Shown: positions 13,938 to 28,368, counted from the whole stretch's first letter. The stretch is DNA of 56,671 nucleotides, filler included, from Catajapyx aquilonaris (GCA_000934665.2; 2 parts of 2 records of this genome joined end to end with filler, not necessarily neighbours in it), one strand, 5' to 3'. A program made the numbers and translations. Notes: generated from the letters alone by a model not told the origin.

Positions 13938-16900
13938 GGGTGTTGCAGCAGCAGGATGTATTGTACGTAGGATGTATGTATGCCATTAAAATAAAGGGCC
14001 GTGTAATACCTCATGCGAGGTCCGCACTACCCATAAGCTTGCCTACATCACTGCACTTATACGAATTGTGTGCTTGATCCAGCTCCATGCCGAAGGCATG
14101 TAAACTTACAGTGAATGAGAATTTTCTGTTGCAGCTTAATTCTCCCTTGCCCCATACCGACAATATCATGAATATGAGGGTGCGGATCTTTATCAACTGA
14201 ATTATATTTTATCACAGTAAAATTTCAGAAAGGCAAACCTTCTACACTTGCTCTTCATTGGTCATACACATTATAGTGCAGATTCAAAGTGTAATCTTGG
14301 AGTATCATTAATCTATTACAGTATGTCCATATCCTCACCAAAATAGTAATCGGAGGTAATATTACGATATGAACGACAGGTTGTGATATTACCTGAGTAT
14401 TTTCCCGGTTGTATTACATTGCTTATCGTCCCTGTAGGATTACGCAATAATCTCACATAATGAGGATAATGAGAGTGCTTGTGTTTCGTTTGCTCAACCT
14501 TCGTTCATTTGTTGATTAAGTTACTTAAATTGGAGCTCTTTGATGCACTCTTCTAAAGTACTGTACATGACATAAAGCTACTGCACATCAAGAGGTTTCC
14601 ACCATTGATGTGGGAATTGTTCCGTAACTTCAGTGAATCCCATCAACATACAGTATGTAAACTCTGGAGATGGGGAGAGAGATACCTAATCAGGTATTGT
14701 ACGAGAGCAACAGCGCGGGAGATTAGGTATACCATCCAGCATAACGTACGGTCACTATAATAGGTGATAGGTGGGATTGACATCAGCTTGATCGCGTCCC
14801 CTTTATACAGTACTTGCAAGTGCACTGGGTGGCTCAGCATTCATGACAAAAAATTTATCATATTCTGCCTAGCTGTATATACGGATTTGTATTGCAGGAT
14901 AAAGGGTATAACAGATTACAACGTACTTTGTCCGTGCAGTGGTATGCGTTGAAATCTGTCGTTAATCCTGGCTAAGTACAGGGAGCCTCCTTTTTACCCC
15001 GGGTTAGGTTTCAGCAAAACATGGTCGTACAGTGTTGCCGTAGAAAAGAAAAATTGCCTTCAAACCCGCTGGAGTGATCACAAGTAGGCCTTACTCCCAA
15101 TGAAAGGAATTTGTATGCAGTCGTGAAGGACCACATTCGTAATGCATTAGGTTTACGGAGCACTGTTGATAGCATGCTTATCATATTTTGAGAGCAACAG
15201 TTACGTCTCTAGTGGTTAAAAAATAGGTTTGGCGAGGATGATAAAAAACTTGTTGCACATGCTCGTAGATGTGTAATATTCAGCTTCTAGACTTCGAGTC
15301 TACTTCAACTTTTTTCTTCTTCTGCGTATAATCGACTCTTTTACTGTAGCTGTTGTATAATATCTGGAAATATCGAAGCAGTCAACTCTTTCGCGGCAAT
15401 AATTTGCTACCAGCAGGAAGTCAATTTCGTTAGGCCCTCAGGATGTGGTGAATTGTTCCTAACCTCGATGTATGATTCGGGTGAACCTTTAGAGAGTTCT
15501 GCAGATAAGTGCGACGGTTGAAATTGTGCCCTAAATTGATATTCATTGCTGCAATCAATTCTCTCGAGATTGTGATTATGTTTGAGGAGTGATTTTATTG
15601 CTATGCACGCCAGGGTTATTGAAGAGACAAAAAAAAAGGTTATGAGTTAGGAAAATGTTTCCTAATTTTGTTCGATGTAAACCTATCTACCGAGTAATCT
15701 GAAAGCGGTTTGTAGTGCTTTATTAGCAGGTTTTTTACTTTTTAAAACTAATCTAATTATACAGTTAAAACTTTGCACATGAATATTACTCTCTGCATTG
15801 ATATAGCCTTAATAATATTCGATACGTTAACAGTTTTTTTTTGTACCTGTTATGATTTACTAGAGATTTATAACCGCACCCTTTTGAAGGTCATTTGTGG
15901 ATGTAGGCATATAGCCAAGTGTTCCCATCATTTTGTTACTTGTGTAAGAGGAGACTGAGGCGATTTGCGTGCGGACTGGAGGTGGTTATTTTCAGGGATG
16001 GTATTCTTGCTGACAAGGCGTGGGAGGCTTTCTTCCTATTACCATCTGCGCGATTTGATTATGGGATTATGTTCATCGTCATGCTTCTGGAGTCATAGTC
16101 CTTTCCGGAGATAATTGACCTTTATCGAACACTGCCTAAATGCCGTGTAATTTCGTAAGATTATTAGATCGGGCTCAACGTAACGATGATGTTTTGCCGG
16201 CTATAAAGCTAATGTGTCTTAAATGTGTAGCCATTATACAGTGTATGCACAAGGCGCCCAGGTTGCATGCGGTATAGTCGCTATTGTAGGTAGCAAAGTC
16301 TAATGAAAGGCATATATTGCAATTCTCGGAACTGGTATTGTGAGCTGAAAGAGTTAGGTAGCCTGCCATTTTCATTACGAGGTATACTGCGATATGATTA
16401 TAATATATTGGCAAATATGAGAGTGCCGGATGGTATTCAAGCAATATTGCTGCAAGACCCTACAGTGTAACATGAAATAATAATGTATAGGCTCTGCAGA
16501 GGAATAGGCGTGCCAACTTGTTGGTTATATTATAGTTCGCAACTGAAATGTGCACGCTGTAAAAAAAAAATTGTTTATTTGAATGCGGAAAGCGGTGCGA
16601 AATTAATTACTTTTTATTACGTGTGTCTGGAGTATTCCGAAAGGCCTGGCATCACCGCGTGACACATTTGAACCTTTTTCGTCAAAAACACATGACAGAA
16701 GCGTGTGCTTGTTTGAAAATTATTGGAGATTCAACAGATATTGGCTAAAGTACGTATTACACATATAGCGGGGAAATATTCCTCCTGGACACTGCCCGGA
16801 TCAGTCCATCATGTTAGTAATGTAGACCTGTGATTACTGTCTAGTTTTTGTCAACAAAAAAAGGGCTGTCAAAGTGTAAAATAATTGCAGGTACATTCTG

Positions 16901-19363
16901 CCAAACCGGGCAACTTGCGATTCTGTTGCTCCATCACAAAGTCGATGCGCTGGGATAGGTCTATATACTTGGCGTGCGAAAGGCACTGTGAAACGCCATC
17001 GAGTGCCTGCTCCCAAAGCCCTTCCTGTCAAACAACACCACATGGGTGAAGTATCTAGCGTATATGCACGAGGGCCTCTAAATTTGCTATATATTTCGTA
17101 AAAGCAGCCCAAGTTGAACTTTTGTGTTTGAATAGATGTCTCAAGAGCATCAGTCACTGGATATTCATGAAGGGTTTTGCGACAAGTAATTAATTATCGT
17201 ATCAACAAACAGGAGGCATAAGTAGGCTGTGTTTGCATTAGTCGTACAGAAAATCGGAAACTACTGTGTATAGGAAATATTTTGACACAATTTCTGAATA
17301 TTTTCAGGAATTCCGGGGATTATGATCCAGATTTCCGCCTCATATCCCTTATCTCCAGAAATGCCATGCATGAAACGATCTTCCTGCGATTCATCTCGGT
17401 ATATAGTTAAATCATGCAAGTTGCGCTATCCATTTTAAAGTAGCGGTGCTCCGAGTGCGGTTGGTTGATTTCCTCCGAGTGACTTTAGCACCAGGGTATG
17501 AATCCTGCAGTAAAGAGCCCAGCGAGGGAAGTTCCCGATAGAATATGGGTCACTAAATCTCGATAATGAAGTGGCGGCGCGGGCTTTTTACTTTTAATTA
17601 TTTTTCTTATTTTAATATGGGCAAGATTTTGGGAAGCTCATTCAGGGGAAGTGCCGGGAGTAGTTTTCCGTAAGGTGTTCCAAAAGCGGTTGGTATTGAT
17701 TTTCATCTGGGGGGAAAAAGAACTACGGGCACTGCATGCATAACGAATCACGATGGACCAGTATATCACACGTGGAAGGGGGAGGGGGGGGGTGGGGTGG
17801 ACAAAAAAAGTTAATATGTCCTCGTCCATGCACATGCACAAGGAGTGTATAATTACTTAGTACAGGTGGTAACAACTGAAGACATCAAAGGTCTAGGTGT
17901 AATTTGGGTTTAATTAGCCGATTGTCTTGTAGGTAATTAATGAATGGACGCTTACTTATTGATGCTACTCAGGCTGCCCATGTGTGGGAGCTGACAGTAT
18001 TTTGATCATATACAGTACAATAGCGTCTGACATTGAAATGTTGCGGTGAAAATTTATTATGCTCAATCAGTGGAACATTATGGTTAGTAATTTAGTTGCC
18101 GGCAGCCTTTCAAGTTTTATGGCATATTCAGTTCTGCATCTTAATTACGTTCTTTCCTTTCTTCGCGAAATTTCATAGAGTGGTATGAACTTTACTGCAA
18201 ATGAAGTGTCCGCTTCAGTTGTTGAAGCCAAAGATATATTTAATAAGGAGGGGTGATCTGAGCAGAAATGCGACTCGGATTTTAACTGTAGTAGATTAAT
18301 TCCTGTCTTGGATAATGATGTAATTCCTTCATATGAACGATATTTAAATGACTTTTTGCAGCATGCCTAATTTCTTCCGCATGTCGCACATTGCTGAGCA
18401 GCGCAAGTTTTACTGCGCCAAAATGGCATAATAAAGCATAATCTCGCGTTTACTGCATTTTGTGCGGGTGGATATTATTTACCATGAAAATATTTTTATT
18501 TTGTAAATTAAAGGAAATGGGCCAGATCAGTAATATCCGGAGTGTACTTGTACATATACGATGCTGTACGGTGTGTAACATTACATGATATAAGAAAGGA
18601 TTTTGAGCCAATTGAGGCGGCCAAGAATCGTAGTCAAGTGTGGATGCGGAATGTGGACTTCTCCTCCGGCAGCCGGATATTACGGCTATGATTAGGCTGC
18701 GCTACCGGACCGCGGCAGAAATTTCGGATTCCTCTACAAACGGAAGGCAGGCAGAAGGCCACCGATATACTGTATAGAGCCCCGGCTGCAAAAAACCCCG
18801 AACATGCCGGGGACCGGCCTGGTGTGGCCAGCGAAGCGAGAGACACCCGTGGAAAGAGAGGGTTGTTGGAAGAAGTTGAAGAGTCTCATCAGGCAGTGTT
18901 TGCTCCCAGCTCACTCTGGGATAATAGGCACCCCACCTTCTACCTTCTCTGAGAATCAACCAACTGAAGGTGCCTTCTCTTCCTCTCCCGTCCCTTACCC
19001 CCCTTGGTGATGTTTGTCCAGTCGATAAGGGGATGACTTGATTTTCTCCGATATTGCAGCAGTGGAAGTGAAGCTGGCCGAATAGTAACGTTATTTGGGA
19101 CGATTGGAAACGGCGCGGTCACAATGTTGAGCCAGACCTGTAATGTGATGAGACGATGGGATTACAGTCCTTGCCTGCAATAATAAGCGGCTTAGTTGAT
19201 AAGCTGGGTGCTGCTGAAGCTGCCTGTTGTTATTGTTGTTGGAAGAGAGTTTCTGGTTACGTAAGGACGAACGTGAATTTCGACCACGAACAGACGAGTT
19301 GGTGCGCAGAAGAGCATTGCGCAACGAGCGATTTTGTCTGTCGAGCTATTGGCTCAGACCTTT

Positions 19364-19570
19364 CCTCTTATCGCCTTTGGACGCCTGACGGGAGGTGGAC
19401 GCTTGATGGCGCATTTCAGGGCTTCGCAGACATGCGCGACCCTACCGCAGTTCAGCGCAGTCCGGTAGGGTCGCGCATGTCTGTGAAGCCCTGAAATGCG
19501 CCATCAAGCGGTCACCTCCCGCAAAACGCCCCGTCAGGCCCCTAAGGCGATAAAAGCTGATAAGAGGGGG
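19364..19570. repeat. Long GC-rich palindrome (fold-back / MITE-like element)
   Basis: 58-bp arms 19390-19447 and 19463-19520 are reverse complements with 3 mismatches and a 15-nt loop; outer arms CCTCTTATCGCC...GCCTGACGGG / CCCGTCAGGC...GGCGATAA...GATAAGAGG extend it. Confidence 0.85.
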
Positions 19571-22439
19571 AGTGACCAGACCTCTCTATTCTAAGGCCAT
19601 TGCTCAGACACATCTCATGGCCAACGGAGCTGAACAATGAATCGAAATCGCTCGCTTTTGGTGCCACATCGCTGATATGCACGACTCCCATTATCCAGAA
19701 AGCTATATACTATCCGGAAAAAAAAATCTAGCAAAAAAATAGACAATTTCCAGCATCATTTCCGAACTGCTTCAACCGGGGCTGGGACATTACACCTGAA
19801 GCTGCCAACCGGAGCCGACTCATTGCTTAGCTCGCAGCGCATACAATTTGCATCGAAACTAGTCCGGAGACATTACAATGCTCACACCTGGGGGAGATGA
19901 GTATACACAGGAGCTCCGACATGGAACTGTGCGCTGCGCAAGAATATGCATTTACCTAATTCGCATTACACCCTAGGGATTTATTCTCTTGCTCTGCTGG
20001 TCTAGGATTTTCGGTGGGTTGTTGATGTTGCAGGTGACTCGGAGTCATTGTGCGCACTATTTTTCAGGGGAAGTGCTGCATGGTTGTGGTTTTTTTCGGG
20101 TCGTTTGTCACAAGCTGGGTAAATGTTACCTTCAAAGAGAGGCCACAGGAAGGGCTGCTATGAGAATAAACATGATATGAGAAACGCAATGGTGATAATA
20201 AGGAGTCTGACTTGAGAGAGTATTCTGCATCTCCATTAGCCAGGCGTATAATTACAATGATGTCTTATTTACCAAGTTATTAGGACTTTGATATAAAATT
20301 CTGATGCCATATGAAAATCAGTCCGAGTCTGAGAGAGCCCATTATGAAGTTTCTGATGTACACTTGGAGAACGAGTGTAATTGCATTATATGGTCGTTTG
20401 AGTTGTGTTGTTGCCTTGGGAATATGAATCGATTTCACCTCGTTAGAGATGGTCCGATGTGTTTGGGTGCATCGGATGCGATTTTTGTGTGCGAAGATAT
20501 TGGAGGAATCTGGGTCCAAATTACGTGGTTTTTCAAATGACCATGTCCAGACGCGTGTCGGAATGCAATAAAGCCGACGAAGTACTTCATCAGTCATTGT
20601 ACCGTATATATTCAGAAAGACGCACGACTTGGAGGAAGCGATATTATTCCTTGGGTCTTGCTCCAGTAAATTGTAACTGACATGAACCGCGTTTAACTTC
20701 ATGTCATAGAAATACACCATACGCTCGAAACAAACTTTGTGAGTGACAAGTCCGGGCATAAAAGTTTGACTGGTGCCATTACTTATGCCGTCTGCGCTGC
20801 ACTTGTGCCGCATCTGTCAGGAAGGCTATGCTTCCCGCGAGTGAAAATTCATCAAGGAATGGAAATTGAGTCACTTGAGGCGCTGCTTGATGTGGAAAGT
20901 GAGCAAAGGGTAAAGATCAGCGGCAACAACACCCCGCATGCGGCGCTTCGAAAGTATATCATGGAGTTATCCAATATCCAGGGCTGGCCTGTAGGGCTTT
21001 ATTCAAGTTTACAGATTGCGCCCATTGGCGATGGTGTTGCTGGAACGGAGACCTGCCGGGGGTGGACCTAAGCTGAGATTACGTGATTTCTTTTCCCCTA
21101 AGCGATGTTATTAATTGGTGTATAGTCGATTGGTTTGGTAATTTTAGGAAAAGGAGAGTGCGGTTTGGAACAGATTTTGTAGTGAAGAATATTTGGATGG
21201 GGAGGCGTGTCATTTGCCGAATTGACGGATATGTTTTTGGTCCGCTGAATTGTTGTTTTGTGAATGCATGTTAATCCGTGATGTATGGTGTTGTCGACAT
21301 TGATCGCAATGTTTTTCCGGAGTTCACGGCGAGAGTCGGATTTTGATCACGAGGCAGTGGGTTTTTAAGTAGCAATTTTATTGAAAGCGAAGTTTGTGTG
21401 CACAATACTCACGTGAGTATTGTGGCGAATCGGATCGACTTTTAGATTACAAAAATAAAACCTGGCATATACAGGTGGCTCCCTTTATCCTTGGTTTCAG
21501 TTATCCGCAGTTTTAAAATATTCACTTGAATAAATTTCAAATAAAAATATTAAACTTAAAAAAATACAACATTGGAACCAATTACCACGGATGACTCGGT
21601 ATTTGTGTAGAGATTCAATGAAACTGCACAGATTTAAATTTTTTATGTTACAAGTATTTTTACCTATGTGGCCCCATGCATATAGGATGAGTGGTATTAC
21701 CGTAATCAGCCATGTATGATCTGGTGGTAGCAGATATTCAAAGTCCCGCAATAGCTTCCTGACTCCGTTTTGCCAAAGTGCCAGATTTGTTCAAATTGGT
21801 AGTGTATACCCCAGATACGTTTTTTTTTTTCCGCGGGACGGCAGTATTCATCTCCACCTATTCTGTGTGATTCCGTTGCCGCCATTTTGGAATATCATGA
21901 TCCTATATTCCCCAGGTAATGCAATCCCTCATTAATCCGCCGGAATATTGAATAGCCCGATTCAGTAGTTTTAACACTGTTTTGTCCAATATAATTTTTA
22001 TAATGTGCAGTCTTTGAATTGCTCAAATGAGATTAATCGCCGTAATCACTTTGCGAACAGTGAATTACGAGATTTATGGAATGTATAAACTGGATTATAT
22101 GCTGTTTTTATTTAATCTCCTTCAAAGTAACAGTAGTACGTGGGTAGCTACCAAAACCCCAATGATCCTATTTATATTATGACGGTAAACCATTTCCATG
22201 ATGCAGCGTCACATCATACATACCTTTTAGGCAAGTTTGATTATATTAGTTTAGAGAGGGAATAGTTCTTATTTTATTTTTTTACCCCGTTAGAGGGAGT
22301 TGAGCCCTTTTAGGGGGGTGGATTACCACCATTCTAATTTTCTCCGAATTTTCGGTTTTCTTCAAACTCCGGCGCAGGGAAATCAATGACAATGGGTAAG
22401 GATAGGGATTGTTGAGGAGGGAACATGGGTGCAAGTGTA

Positions 22440-22611
22440 ATACCGATAAATGGGTCGTGCTGTTCCCCAGGAGGCTAGGTTGCTAGACACTTCCAAGGTG
22501 CGGATCAGAAACCCTCCCGACGCAGGTGAAAGGGAGTTCCCAGGCGGGGATAGAACCTGAGATCTTTCACTTAGCAAGCCGAGACGTTATCACTCGGCCA
22601 CCACACCTCCC
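22440..22611 (-). mobile_element. tRNA-derived SINE (family B)
   Basis: Minus strand starts GGGAGGTGTGGTGGCCGAGTG (A box), has B-box-like AGGTTCTATCCC ~45 nt later, then a non-tRNA body; 3' boundary approximate. Confidence 0.55.
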
Positions 22612-25600
22612 ATAGAGATGGTATAGTTTAACCCATAACATCTAATTCTCCCTGCTACCGCAAAGGATTTTATGTTCATCGCCAATGCACCAGTAATCCG
22701 ATTTGCATTCTGCGCATTTCATGTACGGGATCACCGTTTGTGGGTGTACTGGTGTGTGGTGGGTAATGTGTTGTAGTTGAGCATCGCTACTAATTTTTTC
22801 CGTGTAGTCCGTGCGAGCTGCAAATGTAAACTGCCTAATGCTTGGGGTTTGCATTGAAATAATTCGTACACGCTCACTTGACGTGGTAATTATCGCCCAG
22901 TAATTTTGCGGTTCAGTTTTTCTCCCTGGCGGGGCATCAAGGATATAATTGGTTAGAGAGGATTATCTGGTTGCATTTTGCAACTTTTTTGCGGAATTGT
23001 TACGCACTATCTGCTTGTTATGGGATGTCCTTTGCTGTAAAGAGCGCTGCTGATTCATATACAGAATGCCGTATTATTGTAGTGATTTGTGTGTGGCTAA
23101 TAAGGGTTTTTGAATAAACGAAGCTTGCGACCTCTTGTAGATATAATTCTATACGGAGATGAGAAATATTACCAGGGTAAGGAGATAGATATCATACTCC
23201 AAGCCGCAAGTCATTACCGCGGAATAATGAAACCTTGTGCTATAATGGAACGGCAAAGAGATGCGTCATTGTTATGCTAAGAAACCTATTATTCCTTCAG
23301 CGAATGATGAAAAGTTGGTTAGCTTATGTATGCCTTGATTAATTTTTTGTTGTAATTTCAATACGACCTTTCTTGTTTCATTATGTGAACCCTTAGAAGT
23401 TTCACCCATACTGTTTTGTATTACTCCTTACTTACGTATAGGCCTACTGTATTTACTTGGTATTTACAGCTTATATTGATTTTAAACTTTGGTTTTGAGG
23501 AATGTAATCAACTCTTCAAAGCGCCTGCTCTCATCGAATACTTTGATAGAAGTTTCAATCATATGGCTTGCCAAAACTGATGGTTACTTTGGACAGACTA
23601 CAGGATGTCTCATTATACTGCGAGCAATTAAGTTTTGAAGGGATGTACTGTACAAGGCTAGACATAATATTACGAAACCTAAGCTCTCCCTGACTGCGTA
23701 GGAAAACCACTTTAGAAAGTTATGTCGCATTACTGACACGGACGTCGTATATAAGCGACGAATGAACCTCTCCGAAGCAGGGCAGTTTTCGGAACGGATT
23801 GCTTGACGATACCGTAGCCAAGCAGAAACGAGATAGGATGTACAGGGAAAAAAGAGAAATGGGAGGATTGGATTTTTTGGAGGGCCAAATTGAAAAGTGG
23901 GCGAAGTGCCTGGCGGAGCAATTGTTGTTCGTCGTATGCAGGGGTAATATGAGCTCCGGTTCCCAGGACCTTCTCCCAGTATGCTGTCAGTAAATAACGT
24001 TGGGAGATTCTGCGGCCGTACTCCCCGTTGTTAGCATACATACTGTACAGTGGGGTTCATTGACCAAGTTCTCAGTTCACCGAGTATAGGAAAATGTTAC
24101 ATTGTTTACATCAGCAATCAGTCGCTCCAGATGGGGAAAAATTCGGGGAGTTTATCGCAGACTATGCAATTGTGGAAGGTACTACGAGGTATGGAAATAG
24201 AGATATTAAGATTCATTCAAGTTTGCGGAGAAAGGTTATGCAGGCCTTCCTCGACATGTCTTCGGAAGGATGCGGGTGTGCTGGGGGTTTAAAGGAAGGA
24301 ACTGAAGCGAGAGGAAAGGTTGAACCCCATAATGGAATGTCATTAGCCACGAGCTCACCGATAACCATGAGTGTAAGCCTCCAGGGAAGAGGATCCACCC
24401 TCATTGGCGGATCAGATCCGCTGGCAACTGCACCTTGCGTCAATCTACCATGGCAGCTTACTAAAATGCATTCAAAGTTGTATTTTATCTGGTGTCATTC
24501 AAGAGGGTGTACTAAGTTATCTCAATGGTGATGGGTGACTTATGATGCCACATGACAGCTTCTTCATTATACGGACAAAATAGGTTAGAGATCGGCCACT
24601 TCCACTCAATCTCATTGGTGGACCGAGGACATAACACATTCTTTAGAGGGACTTATGTTAGTTGGCATGGCAATATTATTGCTTCAATCATAGAATGGTA
24701 CTGAAGTCATATTGTCATTGAAGCAATAACTTCTGACACCTTGAGACACTTTGTACTGTAGGCCTACTCCAAACCATGGAAGGGCTTGACCTTGTTCGAG
24801 TTTTCAAGAAATGTTACGTACAGGATTGACTGGTGAAAGCTTTGCTTGCAGGGCTTTTCTGACGAAATTCAATATATTTCACACAATGGCAGCCGCCATA
24901 CCTGTCTCACGTTAAGGTTTTTTCGAGTGGGAAGGAACGAGCCAATCGAGTTGCGTTTCTTATAGGAAGGGCTTGCAAAGAGTGGGTTTTCTGTCTGCAA
25001 AAAACAAACAAAACAAAACAAAAAAACACCCGGTAATGATTGCAAGGACATGACCATATAGTGCAGAAGCGCACTTGGGCATGCACTTCGGAGGCATGCA
25101 GTATTCCCCTGATAATTGGCGCTCTATTGAACGGAACTGGTTCTGTGAAGTACAAAAACAAAGAGGAAAGCACAAAAACCTACTCTCAGTTCCCGAGTTT
25201 GCGGTATTGGACGATGCAGCCAATAAAGTTCCTTACCATATTGAGTTTCTTTGAAGTGGATTTAACATGACCTTTTTCGTATTTCAAATTGCATCAGTGG
25301 CCCTCATACTCTTGTGGGGTTATGTGTGCCGGTTTTCCACATTACTGCCGCGGAGTGGAACGTGCTCGTTATGAGCCCGTCACATATAAATAAAACTTGG
25401 TTTATATGAGACCTTGTATGGCACTCGGAAGTAAATCTTGCCCAACCCCGTTAAAGTGAGGACCGGCAGAATAAAAATGTTCTCTTTGCATGCAGGAGCT
25501 TCTCCTTTGTGGAGTGTCGGCCAAGGTAATTAATTCCTCTCTTATCTATTTCCAGGTAAGCGCCTCTTCTCACTCAAGGGTTAAAGTGGGGGCGTCCGGC

Positions 25601-27889
25601 TGTGAGTACCATGCTTTGTTGATTTTGATGTGGGCTATATATGATTATACGAATCTGGTTGGGTAGATCTTGTCAACGTCGTCGGGCCCAAATGAGGCAG
25701 TTCGTAAAAGTAGGTAGTGCGCATAAATTCAGGTTACGAGCACTTTTGGTTAATAAGAAAGGTGCGAAATGGCTTAGCAGAACTGTAACTTAATGGGATG
25801 GGAAACACCCAACAGTATGGGCTTATGTATTACGTCATATTGTGTGCACTGTGATTTGCAACTACAGTATTTATTAATTAAAAGAAATGTAGGGGCGCTA
25901 TATACCGTGGTACATTTATGGGGAAAAAAATCAAGTGACGTTAGTAACTTCTTATAAGTGTGATGAAAGTAACTTCAGGCTTCAGAGCTTTGAAAAATTT
26001 GCGATATATAGTTTTCCACGGTGGGAGTCTGGATTCCACGGCCTTCAGACTCCATCGGATTGAAAGTCACGAACGAGGCTGGCATTTGCATGTCGGATCA
26101 GAGGAGCCCGGAAACGTACACATCTGGCCAACCCTGTAGGGGGATCTGGAGCTATAAATCTCCCTGCGGTCTCTGAGTGGCTGTATCTCCTCCTCCTCCT
26201 CCCCCCCCCCCAAAAAAAAAGGTGGAAATTCGCTTACGATTCGCAACCAGCTGATGGCCCTCTCGCGACATCGACTAGCAACACTTTTTTTTTTTTTTTT
26301 CTGGAACCGATCCGTTACAATCAGCGGTGTATCCTGTTGGATTCAGCGAGGGAAAAGTTTTTTGGGCGATGTGGCATGGGGTTCACCTCAGCCGAAATGT
26401 GTTAGGTCGAATATTTGCACCTAGAGCTGTTGTTTGGCTGGAACCTGATGTAGAGACGCTTCGAGCTATGTAACTAGCTAAGGCTAGTTTTCATAGACAT
26501 ATTGTGTGCAACCGGTGTTTACGCAGACTATGAGTGACACTATGAGGCCAGAGGTGATGACCTACTTTGGTCAGCCTGTACACTATTTCAGCCGACATGG
26601 GCCTCCAGACAGTACAATAAGCTTGCAGATACTAACCATTATTGCGAGATTTATGACTGGCCTTTTTTTTAAATACAAAAATGGGTTTCGCTTCTAGGGC
26701 CATCTGATGGTCCATTGAATTTCGGCGGAATGCATCGTTTCTGGTCCACCCCTAAATCCATGGAATTTGGTCAGATGAAAAAGCGGCGTGCCAAGACTAG
26801 ATGAAAAGTCCCCAGCACTTGACCTTATCAGGACGGAAATGGAAACTATCAGGCCGGAAAAATTCTCTTCCACTCGCAATTAGCGAAGGGACAGTTGGCG
26901 AAGTGGTTGGTCGTGCTTGCTCATTTCTATTCTGACGCCGTCTATGGGGATGTGGGGAGGGATGACGTAGAAGATAGGAGGGGGGTAGGTCCAGGTTCTG
27001 CTTTGCAGCCCCGTCCACGTACGTTGAACATTTGATTTTCTCCTAATTTACTCATTTTCTCCCTCATGTGCCAGGCTATTGATGGTTTTTTTGGAGGGGC
27101 TAATAGAGGAGACAGTGGCATGGTGGCTGACAAGTATGTTGAACCGGGCAAATATTTTACGAGCTGTGGGGATATTGTACTGGTGTATTGTGTAGGCGAA
27201 TACAATGGTGTTTGTGCTAACAACGTCGTTAGCGTTGTGGTGGTACTCGTTATCATTTCCACCCGAATTCGTAAATATGAGGGAATTTCGACAGGTCTCT
27301 TTTATGTGATTTTTGTGTTAGGAGTGTCGTATCGGAGCCGTGCTGGCAAATAGGATACGTACTGTACAAATCAAATTACACTTTCAAGTGGCATTAGTGA
27401 ACGCCATAAGTGCTTGCCAGACTATATAATAATGTCAGCTTCTGCGATTACTATCTTGACCTTCAATCTATAGTTTCGGACTGAGTTAGGCATGTTTCAT
27501 ATCATTTTCACGAGTTACCAATTTTGTGGTGGTAGGCCTACTTCAATGTGCTCATGCTCAATGGAATTTTGCAGCAGTTGAATGATGCCTCTTTGCGGTG
27601 GCAACGTTGACAAGAGCTAATGCTGTATAGAGGTACAGTAGTACACCACAGGGCCATAATGAAGCCATAGGTATATAGGACATAGCTTACAGACTGAATA
27701 GCGAGCGAAAAGTGTGTAACTAATATTCAGTGTGCAGTTCTGAAACACACGGGAGCAATCAGGATATTACTTCCTGTCACTGTATACAACAGAAGTCCGT
27801 ATGTTTATCAAAAGAGCTATTTCTTTGAAATGAATAGTTACAGTATACTCTAATGATCAATACGAAAGTGGTCTCGTGTTTGATTCTCA

Positions 27890-28268
27890 CAAGGGAAGGT
27901 CACGGGGTGATAATGTCGGATCTTGATGAAATTGGACGTGCTAATACAGGACAATATATGTGATGCCCAAAAATGAAATATTTCGTGCTGACGTGCATAT
28001 TTGCAAAAGTTATGACGTCTTGAAGTTCCAAAAATAATACATTTTCATACTCCATGGGATTACATTAGCGACCACATATAATGACACTGAAGTGTGTAAT
28101 CAGTTTCTAGACCTTTTCTCATCGGAAAAAAGTCCTACAGAACGGCTCTGGCCGTCCGTCCGTGGCCGTCCGTGGACAGGTATCAAGGCCTAAACCGTAA
28201 GAGATAGCGACAAACGGTTTTCATATTCGGATTGAGAGTGACCAAAATAGGTTTCATGGTCAACTTCT
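27890..28268 (+). mobile_element. Helentron-associated / DINE-1-like non-autonomous element, truncated by the gap
   Basis: (GTCC)n-type microsatellite CCGTCCGTCCGT...CCGTCCGT followed by an AAACCG...CGGTTT stem, a layout typical of DINE-1/HINE elements; boundaries approximate. Confidence 0.4.
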
Positions 28269-28368
28269 NNNNNNNNNNNNNNNNNNNNNNNNNNNNNNNN
28301 NNNNNNNNNNNNTTAATTAATTAANNNNNNNNNNNNNNNNNNNNNNNNNNNNNNNNNNNNNNNNNNNN
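28269..28368. other. Assembly gap with artificial six-frame-stop spacer
   Basis: 44 N + TTAATTAATTAA + 44 N = 100 bp. Confidence 0.95.

Noticed and set aside
19350..19367. Minus-strand GAGGAAAGGTCTGAG resembling RNase P RNA CR-I
   Set aside because: No CR-V partner found at the expected distance; it is the flank of the palindrome.
20280..21071. 177-aa and 110-aa ORFs
   Set aside because: No recognisable domains or coherent exon structure.
23730..24531. ORF fragments with an RxxMYxxxxxxGGL motif reminiscent of non-LTR retrotransposons
   Set aside because: No reverse-transcriptase or endonuclease motifs; too degenerate to call.
28313..28324. TTAATTAATTAA palindrome
   Set aside because: Sits symmetrically within Ns; a scaffolding spacer, not biological.
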